From the NCBI RefSeq assembly GCF_006345805.1, contig NC_042997.1, positions 61,628,001 to 61,692,000 on the forward strand: a stretch of 64,000 nt of DNA, written 5' to 3'. Positions 52,394 through 64,000 of this stretch are shown in pieces. Numbering within the stretch: position 1 is the first letter of the stretch; each line of letters begins with the position of its first letter. The translations under genes and the position numbers were made by a program. The notes below the pieces were generated by a model. It was not told the origin of the DNA and made no database searches. It saw nothing but the letters and a program-made list of their open reading frames with translations. This DNA comes from Octopus sinensis (Eukaryota).

Positions 52394-55300
52394 CTGTTTC
52401 AGTTTCTTTGAGATCATTTTTTTCTTCCTCTTTCAGAGCTTATGGTTGGTTTTCACCGTCCTTCTAGTTACTTTTCTCACTCCTCTTTAATTACTCCTCA
52501 CAGTTCGACTTCCTACTTTCGATTCTTGAACTCGTACACTCTTACGCCCAAATACACAAACACGCACGCACAGATGCACACAATAAATGCAATGTGTGTG
52601 TGTGCGCACACGTGGGTGAGAGAGAAACAAAGATAGAGTTTGTGTATATGCGTGTGGATGCATCTATTTCAAAAAATTTCTACAACTGATTATATAATCA
52701 ATATAATTATAGTACGGCGAACTGGCAGAATCGTTAGAGCTTCGGAAAATGTGTCTCACGACATCCTCACCGGCGCTTTACACTCTGTTTTCAAATCTCA
52801 CGGAGATCAGCTTTGCCTGTCATTCCTTCTGGGATCGATGGAAGAAAATACCTCTCAGTCAGTGTAATCAATTTCCCTTCCCTCTCAAGATTGTTGACCT
52901 TGTGACAAAATCAAAAACCATTAATGATAACTGAGCGTGGTGGATTGAAAATTGTCTGGACGTCGGCGAAATAGCAGACGGTTATAGTTATCTGGTCCCC
53001 ACCCTTACGGTCTAATCTCAAATCCCGCCGAGTTTATCTTTTCTGTTTGTTCTTCTGTGGTTGACTAAAGTTCCAGTTGATGAAATCGACTAATCCTTCC
53101 ACCCAAAATTTGTAGCTTCGTACGTATGCTAGAAATATATGTCTTATTTTTCTTTTGTCCAAAAAAGGGGGTTGTATTTTAGAGAGTGTGCATGTGAGGG
53201 TAAATGATAGGATATGTTTGTGTGTGTCGGTGTGTGCGTGTTTGTTTTAGCAGTAATATGCTGTAGTACAGATTGATGATATCTGTGCGACGGCAATGTA
53301 CTCTTACCCGGTGTTTCTTTATAGGAACGGGGTTATGATGATTGAAAAGGGAATGGGCAAACTACAATGTTTAATGAATTAAAAATAGTTTTCAACTTTT
53401 CCAACTTGTCCATCACCGCGACGAAAAATTAAGAATTATATGATTGTAAAGGTGGATTCCAAAATAGTTAATATTTAGATGGGAGCTGGTATTTGTTAGT
53501 TTGACAATTTGCATGTCATTTCACCCGTCGTTAGAAAGCTACAGCTGGACAAAGATTTGAGTTGGATTCTACAATATGTAATATGTTAGCCATTAACACA
53601 GATCAATAATCAATTAAATTGGCTTCAATCCTTGATCTTATTAACCCAGGAAGGATGAAAAACGAAACTGATTTCGGCTGGATTTGTAGTCAGAATATAA
53701 GGCTTGGGATAATTGCCGCAAATTATTTTATCTGTCATTCTGATTACTCCGTCATTCCAGCATCCTATAATGGAAAATTAATAAACAATGGTTTATTTCG
53801 CAAGATACTCTCATTTCGTTGCTGTCACAGAAAGTTATGCCAACCGAGGTATCACTTTACGTATCCCTGGAGCCCACTGTTGCACAGTGCTTTCAGCAGC
53901 GAAACTGAGAGATACAGAATAAGAGAGAAAGGCAGAAAGAAAAGCGAGAGAAAAAGGGAGAGACGGTGCAAGTGTTACTGCCATAAATTTGTACTTTATT
54001 TATTGACCCCGAAAGAGATGACAAGTGAATTTTAACTTAGAACGTTTATATACGGAACAAATACAGCCAATTTGCCGCCTTAAATAATAAAGATATATTC
54101 TAATATATGTATGTGTGTGTGTTGTCATTGTTACAACTTTGTATGAAAGGAATTTTGCTGAATCCCTAGTCATTCCATTAACCCTAGTATATGATTAATA
54201 TTTCACCATCGTGGTAGGATAAATGGTTACCAATGGAATTTGATCTCCTGACATCAAAAGGCATTTTATCCGGCGCTCTACTGTTCTGCCATCGATTGTC
54301 CTACAAATTTCTTAAAATTATCCCAATTGTACGAATTCAGAAAAGGGTGCAGACAATTAAACTAGCACAAGAAAGCCGAAACAAAAAACAATAAAATCAA
54401 CACCATCAGGAATTAAGCTCAGAAAGTAAAGCGCCTGCAGCTAAATAATTGTTTCTAATTTAGACTCAAGACCAATAGTGAGAGTAGAGTGTTAGTAATC
54501 CAACTATTTGACTGATATTTTATTTTATGAACCCCTAAAGGTTGAAAGGTAAAGTTGAACTCAGCGGTATTTAAACTCAGAACATGGCCATTCTAAATAC
54601 ACTCAGTTCATTTCTTCAATCCAAAATTATCAAAATGACAGAATAACAAGTTGAAAGTACTTCTGCATTTGGATTTCTGACTCTATTCCGAGTTCGATTC
54701 TAGTTGCAGTGGTTCTCAATCATTCTGACTTTGCGGAGCTTTGGAGATCAAAAAAAAAAAAATTGATGAACTTTGTGTGGTAAGTAAAAAAAAATACTCG
54801 TGCTCTTCACACAGAAAAGTTTTTTCTTTCAATATATTTTTAAATTAAAGGTTTAGATAAAGACAGAAAATGATTGCTTGTCTTTAATAATCATATTTGA
54901 GTTTAACAGAATTCATGAATAACGTTTTATGCTCAAGTATTATTCTGTATTTTCTAAAAACACCCTTGAACCACAAAACTAACTTCAGCAAATTATAAAA
55001 CGACTCACCCGCCTATTTTCTCACCTGCCTACATTTTCACATAGGAATTAGATTTTTTTTTTTCAGCGGCAATTGACGTTTTTCTTCTTTTTGCTTTCCA
55101 TTCAAAATAAATAAAATAAAAATATCCAGAGCAAAGCGAAACCACCCTTAATTTCTCCCACGAAAATTCCAATGTAAGCACATCGTGCATGTGAAGGAAG
55201 TTTCCCCATAGCGTTTGTCACCATGGATTTTTTTGTCAATCTGGTGATGTAAGGATGGAATTACAAATATGATTTACTCTGCTCAAGTAATTTGGAATTG

Positions 55301-55707
55301 CAGAAGATTACCAATAGCTACTACTACTACTACTACTATAGTAACTGCCACTAAAGCAACCACAATGAGACAAAGAAAAGCTTAATGAAAAAAAAATCAA
55401 AAGGATGTATGAAGACGATTGAAGAGTGCCAAAAGTTAAAAGCTGAAATAATGGGGGAGATAAGAACGAGGTAAAAAAAATAAAAAGGAAATGAATGAAA
55501 TATAAGTAAAAAAAATAGAAAAAACAATAAGGAGCAACAACAAGGAAGAAAATGAAAGAAGGGAAATGTAAAAGACAATTGACAAGAAATAAAATGTATG
55601 AAACAGACGATGAATACGATGAAAAAAATGAAGGAAATAATACAGATTAGAGAATAAAAATCATAATACAGCAGGAAAAAAGAACACCAGAATAATTGGT
55701 GACTTAC

Positions 55708-55749
55708 TTGTAAGAGAGTTATCCACAGACATTTAGTTGAGGAGAACAT
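55708..55749 (-). CDS. Exon 1: start of signal peptide MFSSTKCLWITLLQ
   Basis: aaaATG context, gtaagt donor at 55707, phase 0. Joins exon 2 to give the signal-like MFSSTKCLWITLLQVVYYC. Confidence 0.8.
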
Positions 55750-56769
55750 TTTGGATAAATGTTATCAAGACAGCGTCTACACAGTTTTTCTTTATTTTTT
55801 TAAGTTACTGACTATTATGATTTTTGGGGTTGTTGTTACTGTGTGCCTATTAGTCAACAGTTATCTGCTTGTTCAGGCAGCGGGAAATAAACGGCTGCTC
55901 TTGTCGTTGTTGTTAACTTGTTTTTATAATAATTTTTTTTTCAATATATTTGTGTGTATATATATATATATATAATTACAATGTTTCAGTTACTAATTTC
56001 ACTCACTGTGCTGGGCTTTTTCTAATCTCAAATGACAACACACTGCGGAAATGGTGGGTAGGGGGTCAGTTTATTTAGTTGCTAGCGATAAAGACATAAA
56101 ACTAAAAGACGATGCTCTTCTAAAATACATAAATTCGCCGTATTTCAGAGGGTAAGGAAGGTTGAAGAACCCAATAAATTTCTGTCACAGTGTTTATTTT
56201 TTTTTTACATGTTCTTGCTGGTTTTATCATCTAATGCTTCTTCACACTTTTCTTTCCCTTCTTTCTTTCGTTCTCTTCTTTCCTTTGCGTATTTCAGGCT
56301 TCTTGAATAAGATATCGGTATGAAATACCTATTTTCATTTACAGATTTTTTTCTGGAAGTAAAATAATATTTTGGTTCGTAAGGTTCTTATTTAACAGCA
56401 TCGAGGAGCTCTTCGTTTGTTTGTTTTGACTGGTTGTAAAGAGCCGACAGGCAGTTATTTATAACTACTCTAAAACGGGGAAAATTTATTAAGGAGCAGC
56501 AACATATCATAGCATATCCATACCCATTTTTACCTCTTCTCTCTTTCTCTCTCAATTCCTCTGCCTCCTTTTTACTATTTCCAACATCCGTGTAAGTAGA
56601 ACTACTTCCAGCCAATCTTGAGTGTAGAAGAAATAACAGCTTTACTGGTTTCCTGTCAACACTCCTAATTGAATCGAATCCTCACCCACTGTACTTTCCC
56701 TTAACTATGCATTCAGTTCTTCCAGTACATATTTCGTGTGTGTGTGTGGTGTGTGTAAATATTTAAATT

Positions 56770-57160
56770 TCATATCCTTTATCTTTTGTTTGTTTCACTC
56801 TTTACACTGCGGTCATGCTGAGCATCGCCTTGAAGAATTTTTAGTCGAATGAATCGGCCCCAGTACTTATTTTTTAAGCCTGGTACTTATTCTATCGGTC
56901 TCTTCTGCTATATTGCGGGGACGTAAACATACCAACACCTGGTGTCAAGCGATCGTGGGAGACAAACACACAGACACACACACACATATATGTATACCAC
57001 GAGTTCCTTTTAGTTTTCGTCTACCAAATGCACTCACAAGGCCTTTGTCGGCACGAGACCATAGCTGAAGACATTGGCCCAAAGTGCCGCGTAGTGGGAC
57101 TGAACCCAGAACCATATGGTTGGGAAGCAAATTTCTGACCACACAGCCACGCCTGCACCT
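56770..57160 (-). mobile_element. tRNA-derived SINE (same family as 22248-22705)
   Basis: Reverse complement begins ggtgcaggcgtggctgtgtggtcagaaatttgcttcccaaccatatggttctgggttcagtccc. Confidence 0.75.
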
Positions 57161-60089
57161 ATATGTAAATATGCATTGTATATTTCATTTAGATAGAGTA
57201 TATTCATGGGTAATTTTTTGTTTGTTTTTTTTATGTATCCTATGTTTATTTTCATGTTTTATTTCTGTGTCCAAAAACGCTGAAATAAATAAAAATCCTG
57301 ATGATGTACATTTTAGATTTAGCTGATGGTCCTTGGCACATGGCCACAAGTTCGGGGCAGAGGTCAAGCCGATTACTTCGACCCCAGTGCTCAACTGATA
57401 CTTATCAAAGGATGAAGTTGAGTTCGGCGGAATTTTGAACTCAGAACGTAAAAGACGAACGAATTGCCGCTAAGCACTTTGTCCAACGAGCTAACGATTC
57501 TGCCAACTCGCTGCCCTTGACGATTCATATATTGTAGATGATAGAATTAATTTCTTGACATTTGAAATAGAAAGTGTTAAAAACATCATTTGACTCACTG
57601 AAGGGTGAAAATCCTTCTCAGTCCCTAAAGCTAAAAGAATAGTAATCTTCCTTCTCGACTTATACTGACTCACAAGGGCCGCTTTCCCGGTTTCATGACG
57701 GGCTGGCGTCCCCACCTGGACGGGATGCCAGTCCGTCACAGGATTACTCATTATTGCAAGCTGGGAGGACTGGAGCAACGGGAAATGCTCAATAACACAA
57801 CTCGTCTCCCGATCCAGGAATCGAAACTACAATCTTACGATCATGAGTCCAACACTCTAACCACGAAGCCACGCACCTCCACTAGACTAAAAATTACAGG
57901 TTCAAAACCGGTCTTCTAGAGCTTACAAAGTTTTAACTACAATGATAATCAGTTCAGAGAATAAATTACTATCTGGAAAAAAAACCAATACAATATCTAG
58001 AGAACCAAAGAGAAGCTTCGTAAGCTTATATTATTTCAAAGATCAAAGTTTGGCACAAAACCAACAATTTTAGAAGAGAGGGTAAGTCAGTTACAGGGAC
58101 ACCACCAATGTTCAGCTGCCACTTATTTTAGTGGATGAAAGTCAATGCTAACCTCAATAGAATCTGGACTGAAAACGTACAGAACCAGAAGAAATGCTGC
58201 TAAGTATTTTGAGCTGCCTGGTCACCGTCATTCATTTATTGATGATATAGATTACTGGGTGGTTATTACATTGTTCCCATATGTGAATTCTGAAAACGCT
58301 TGCTAGGAATAAAGGTGTACCAATAAGAAGGTATATAAAACAGATTAGGAATGAGTAGCAAACGGGAGGATGAAAGGTAAAGTCATCCAGCTGGAAATGA
58401 ACTGAGGACAAAAATGGCCGGAACGAATACTGCCGTGCAATTTTCCACCTCTCTAATAATTTTGCCAGCTCGCCGCTTTCGTATGGCTACATTCAGAACA
58501 CATCAACAGTAATCTGGCTCAGAATCGTTGTATTTACCACAGATGCTGGTAGATACGAGGCCTTCTCTAAGTGGAAAACCAATGTAAATTATCCACCGAA
58601 GGACTACAAAACTATCTAGTAAAGAATAATTAAAAACAACCACCTTCATATGAACAGCAAAAACTGCTTTGACAGAAGCTAACAAATATAAATGAGAGAT
58701 TAATGTAGCTAACAGTTGTAAGAAGAAACAGGAAGCCACAACATAAGTTGTTAAAAAGAAAAAAATGGAACCACAGAGTTCCATAATATATTAAGGGCAA
58801 AAAAATGCCCCAACATGACCATTGTCTGAGAAGACTGAACAAGAGGAAAATAAAGGCAAATGCCAGAACTGGATGAGAAATATGACACTGAAAGCTGGGA
58901 CAGAAAGAAAAGTTTGCGGTGCATGATTAAGATATGTAATGTGGAATACATTAAGGAACAACAGATTGTGTTGACGTAGGAAAAAAAGAATTAATCACGT
59001 TGTCCCTCAAGCAAGACAGGAAATGAGGAAACTCAAACCAACGGGGTCGCTCACTTTCCAAGAAATAACATCCAAATCTCCATAAAATCACACAACCGTC
59101 AAAGAGGAAGGGGAAACCACATGAATAAGATATATACATTGATTAGGAAAAGTGTAATGGCTACGGTTTGAATGCTTTCGACCATAAATCTGCCCGATCA
59201 AATCTAACGGCAAATACAAGCATGAAAGTAAATATCTCCCACTGGACATTATTGTCTTTCGTCCAAAGACTCCTTGAACCAGTTACTTAGTTTCTATGGC
59301 GTACGAGTGACCGAGATGACAATGTTCCTCCTGAACGTGACGCCAGTCCGTCGCCGGGTCATTCATTTACAGCTGGTTGGGATGAAGCAACGTGAAACCA
59401 AGTGTTTGGCTCAAGAACACAACGTAATGCCTGGTCTAGAAACCATAATCACGATCTTGCAATAGGGAGTTCAACACTCTCAACCACTAGGTCACGCGTT
59501 TTCAATGGAAGTTATATCAGCATAATAATATATCGACAGAAGAGAAATGGTATTATTATACACCAGAGAGAATCTCAGAGAATAACAAAACGGCCATATG
59601 CTGGAATATACCAATCCATACAGACAGGGAAATAAAGGTTAATTGACTGGATATTGTTAAGGACGTGTCTCCTATTTGTAGAGTCAGATTCAACACATGA
59701 TAATATATCTCTAAAGGAAAGAAGGGATTTAAATAGCAACATCTGGAAAGAGGGATAACCTGAACATAGTAGGCTTTTTAAAACGGAAACAACTCCTTTT
59801 ATAATGGTTTCTGATTTAGGCACGAGGCAAGTTATTTTGAGGGGAAGTAGATTAGTCAATACCACTGACATCAGTACTTGACTAGTATCTTATATAATCT
59901 ACTCGGGAGGATGAAAGGAAAAATTCACCTTGGCATGATTTGATCTTAGAACATAAGGAGTCAAAAGAAATCTTACAAAGTACTTCCTCCAACGCTCTAA
60001 CGATTTTGCCAGGTCGCTGGGAATGATTTTAAAATGATGCAGACAAACACAGGATTTAGATAGCTATATACACATGCAGAGAAAAGCAA

Positions 60090-60114
60090 CTGAATAATAA
60101 AAATAATAATAATA

Positions 60115-60174
<60 letters not shown>

Positions 60175-60278
60175 TAACAATCACAATAACAATTACAATA
60201 ATAATATAATAATAATAATAATAAAATAATAATAATAATAATAATAATAATGATAATAATAATAATAATAATAATAAA
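60090..60278. repeat. (TAA)n array
   Basis: Directly visible. Confidence 0.95.
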
Positions 60279-60280
60279 AC

Positions 60281-60820
60281 GCCCTGATGCAGTACCAGAC
60301 AGTGGCTCTCATGGCTTCTGATCTTAACTGATTGGAAGTGTTGCCATGTTTATTTGTTTTGTCTTGGTATAAAAGATGGGCTACAGCAAATATTCTGCTC
60401 AATTCACAGATTTGCTTGTCTGTTGTTTGACCGTAACCAGTTGAGCATGTCCCTTAGTGACTGACGATATGTGCATCTCTGATCACGAACAGAAGTAGTG
60501 GGGGAGCAGCATAGCTGTGTGTTGAAAGGAATTCTTGGAGGTTTGGCTAATTCACCTTGGGAAACATGAGTGGTTCGTTCAACATCCTTAAACAATCTTA
60601 TTCAAGGACCTTTTGAGCGGGATGGGCTACTCGACCAGAAGAAAATTCTAACTGGGCCCCACCTGCAAGGTCATGTGCTGTTTATCTTGATATGAGATCA
60701 CCATGTTGCGCACATATAGTTGTGATGCTCTTATCAGACGGGTAGTCATGATAGGTATACTGGGCTTCGTATATTTTACCCCAGTGTTACTTTGATGGCA
60801 TGCACTGCTCTCTCACTCAA
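60281..60820 (+). mobile_element. ~550-bp non-coding dispersed repeat flanked by (TAA)n, copy 2
   Basis: Colinear with 19370-19868; (TAA)n tracts on both sides. Confidence 0.8.
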
Positions 60821-60837
60821 TAATAATAATAATAATA

Positions 60838-60915
60838 ATAATGACATGAATGTTGTGAGTAAAGAGGTTGAAAAAATCACCAAGTACTCCGAATTGAAAG
60901 TGGAAATGGCAAGAA
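60838..60915 (+). mobile_element. Short RLE retrotransposon fragment after (TAA)n
   Basis: DMNVVSKEVEKITKYSELKVEMAR matches the RLE D.N...KE.EK..KY..L motif. Confidence 0.55.
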
Positions 60916-60969
60916 ATACCGCTAAGCATTGCGTCCAACAAGCTAACGATTCTGCCAGCTCGCCGCCTT

Positions 60970-61022
60970 ACTACTACTACTACTACTACTAACTACTACT
61001 ACTACTAATAATAATAATAATA

Positions 61023-61053
<31 letters not shown>

Positions 61054-61190
61054 CATAATAATAATAATAAGAAGAAGAAGAAGAAAGAAGAAGAAGAAGA
61101 AGAAGAGAAGAAGAAGAAGAAGAAGAAGAAGAAGAAGAAGAAGAAGAAGAGAAGAAGAAGAAGAAGAAAGAAGAAGAAGAAGAAGAAGAA
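60970..61190. repeat. (TAC)n-(TAA)n-(GAA)n graded triplet array
   Basis: Directly visible. Confidence 0.95.
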
Positions 61191-61607
61191 GCTTTTATAT
61201 TAAAAGCACAAGGCCTAAAATTTTAGGAGAAGGTGACATTGACTTCAGTGTTTCACTGGTACTTAACTTATTGACCCAGAAAGGATGAAAGGCTAAGTCA
61301 ACCTCGGCAGAATTTAAACTCAGAACGTAACGATGGGCGAAATACGGCTAAGCATTCCGTCCTATGTACTAACAATTGTTTATTGGTCACAATGCTTCAT
61401 ATATGCTTGTGTATATGTGTGTGAGCATGTGTGTGTGTACACATACAAACGTACATATATACATACATTCATACATATATACGTGTATATATACATATAC
61501 ATAATGCTTTAACACTAAGAAAGAGTCGAAGATTGATGGGTTGTTACTGTAAGTTACAATAATTCCAAAATATATTAATTTATCTGCATTTCTATAGGTG
61601 CGGGTGA

Positions 61608-61965
61608 AGTTTTGTGGTAAGAAATTTACTCGGCAACCACATGGTTTCGGGTTCAGTCCTACTGCATGGCATCTTTTGTAGATGTTTTCTGTTAGTCCGG
61701 AGCTGACCAGAACCTTGTGAGTGGATATAGTAGACGGAAACTGAAAGCAGCATATCGTATCTATGTGTTTACTTTTGTTTGTTCCATCTGCGACCGCTGG
61801 ACAACCTCTGTTAATTTGTGCATGTCTCTGTAACTTAGCGATCGGTAAGAGAGATCGACGGAATATGTACCTGACTTCAAAGTTAAGTATTGGGGTCGAT
61901 TTGTTTGACTAAATTCTTCAGGGTAGTGTTCCAGCATGACCGCAGTCCTATCACTGAAACAAGCA
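61608..61965 (+). mobile_element. tRNA-derived SINE (same family as 22248-22705)
   Basis: gtggtaagaaatttactcggcaaccacatggtttcgggttcagtcc...ggggtcgatttgtttgactaaa...ccagcatgaccgcagtc. Confidence 0.75.
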
Positions 61966-63084
61966 ATGGATTATTTTATAACTTTCAAATTTATAACATT
62001 ATTATTTTAATCCATATATGAACTATCAATGGTTACCACTTTATAAATCAACCGTCTTAAGACAATTTATAGAATCTGCCCTGACACTGATATTTTACAA
62101 AATTTATAAAATTATTGAAAACTTGCGTATGTACTGTCACAATATTACATTTATAAGGAATGCCTTAAAATAATAGTAATCTTGATTTAGAACAGATATG
62201 TTTAAAAAAAAATTTATACTTAGTTTTTTTCATATAGTTAACCTTGAATGCATGTATAATGATCATGCTTTTTCGTTGATGTGTCATAGGACACCGATAG
62301 GGAGTAAGTAAATGAGTCATAGTATAGAACGTTGACACCCAGAAAGCATTGCTTGCAGCGAATATAAGTGAGCAACGTATATTTTGGAGATATCTTTGAA
62401 AACCATCCGAGATTGATATAAAGAAAAGTAACGTTTGGCAACGCATAGTTCGTGTGAAATTAGTTTTCTAAGTTTTTTATGTCAAGATTCTCAAAAATAG
62501 ATGAATTTGAAACTTTTGAGAATGCTTCTTATTTGGAGTCAAATCACGTATATACAGAGATTTTCGCGTTATCCAATGCAGTTATCAAAATACTATTGTA
62601 AATATGAGTTAGAGGCGCGCATGCATTTGTTAATAGTCTTTATGCTCCAGCATTGGCAATAATACTGATGACTGTGTAAGAATGTTCTAGAAATCTGTGT
62701 GTTGAGAAATAGAACAATCGTTTTCTATATATCTTAACCCGGCAGAAGATGTTCTTAAATTTTCAATATGCTTTGATATATTCAACATGATATTTATAAG
62801 ATGGGCTCCATATAAATTGCGGTTGCTGCGTTGTGATAACACTAATCTACAAGGTTTTTGGTGTTTAGGAAATAGACATCATTCCTATACAAAATCGGTC
62901 ACCTGAATCCAAATGTAACCTTCTTTTTTGACCTATCAGATCTAGGTTTTAAGTTAATGAACATCCTTATAGTCACTATGTATGTGTGTACCTCCAGTAC
63001 GCAGTGTTCGTTACTTTATTCTAATACTAATTTTTTTTCTTTTTCCATACTTTTTAGATGTTATGGTGAACTAAGCAATAGAAA

Positions 63085-63490
63085 ATGAGCAAGATGTCCT
63101 CTTCAAGAAAGTGCTGCGTTAATTCTCCAAATGTATTTTGTTATGTTTGTGGAGAATACACATCACCTAAAAATTAAAGAAAAACACCACTGATATTGTT
63201 GACAGAGCGTATATGGCATATTTTGGGGTCAAGCTGGGAGACCAAGATAAATATTGGGCACCGCCTAGTATCTGCAAACAATGAACAGAACATTTGCGAC
63301 AATGGACTAAAGGGACAAGGAAAAGTATGAGGTTTGCTATACCAATGGTATGGCGGGAGCCATACGTGGACGACTGCTATTTTTGCAACCCAAATTAACC
63401 GGAAAAATCGAAAAAGCTTGTCTATCTTAATCTTGGCTCTGCTATTAAACCGGTTCCACACAGTGAAGAGCTTCCTGTTCACGATCCATT
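63085..63490 (+). mobile_element. Chapaev3-like (CMC) transposase N-terminal zinc-finger remnant
   Basis: MSSSRKCCVNSPNVFCYVCGEYT..AYMAYFGVKLGDQDKYWAP.SICKQ..LRQW..FAIPMVWREP..DDCYFC..SAIKPVPHSEELPV with stops and frameshifts. Family assigned from recalled motif, not searched. Confidence 0.65.
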
Positions 63491-64000
63491 TCTAGTTAAG
63501 AAAATGCCTCAATTCGCTGCTACCGGACGATTTTATCCTTTTATTCGAGTTCAAACACTACATGATTCTCCTGGATTGACGACATACAGGGATTTTGTTG
63601 TGTTGTGTTGTGTCACTGCTACCTGATCCCCGGGAACAATTTTAGTTCCTTTGTGTTTGGCATCGACCGAAGACCATCCAGGTGGTTACCAAGTCAGTAA
63701 CGCTACCATCACGAAAAGCTCTTAGTGCGAGAGAAATATCTTCCTCTCTAAACATTACGTCTTATAAAATGATACCGTTAAACCTTAGAATACCTAAACT
63801 TACCTTGACATTCGTCAGTGTTCCTAAATTTAATTTGATACAATTAAAATGTACTAATCACGTGTTATTTCTTATAGACCCCCATTAAATTCTTTTAAGA
63901 TAAAGGAAAAAGGGAAACTAGACGGTACCAATATCAAACATTGGTGGTGGTTGTTGTTGTTGTTGTTGTTAATGATGATGATGATGATGACGACGACGAC

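Noticed and set aside
55351-55707. Hydrophobic 132-aa ORF continuing from the start codon (apparent membrane protein)
   Set aside because: A strong gtaagt donor follows codon 14; the remainder is low-complexity pyrimidine-rich intron 1.
58500-59150. Possible degraded retrotransposon ORF
   Set aside because: Only vague resemblance to RLE-element protein; no motif clear enough to call.
63640-63725. Weak 5S rRNA-like stretch on the minus strand
   Set aside because: Similarity is too short and patchy to support by eye.

Overview
AT-rich, repeat-dense animal genomic DNA; the SINE and microsatellite landscape suggests a cephalopod, probably Octopus (inference). One protein-coding gene spans most of the window on the minus strand. 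I reconstructed by hand a 17-exon model (ATG 55749 to TAG 4766, 2193 nt, 730 aa, all 16 introns GT-AG, phases consistent). It encodes a secreted astacin-family (M12A) zinc metalloprotease: signal peptide, propeptide with ELDMML and an RKRR furin-type site, catalytic domain (HEVGHAVGLVHE, SVMHY), one EGF-like module and eight ShKT domains. Each ShKT domain is on its own exon entered in phase 1. The introns and flanks hold AT/TACA/TAA microsatellites (the source of nearly all long ORFs in the supplied track), tRNA-derived SINEs, and decayed mariner, Tc1-like, Helitron, Chapaev3-like, RTE/CR1-type and R4/Dong-like elements plus fold-back MITEs. The most interesting non-coding signal is a type I hammerhead ribozyme fold (30520-30620) in intron 8, in the same sense as the host pre-mRNA. 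Three further minimal or atypical hammerhead-like motifs lie on the opposite strand. A full-length mariner remnant ends 11 nt after the stop codon. Exon coordinates were counted base by base; repeat boundaries are approximate. No database searches were run.
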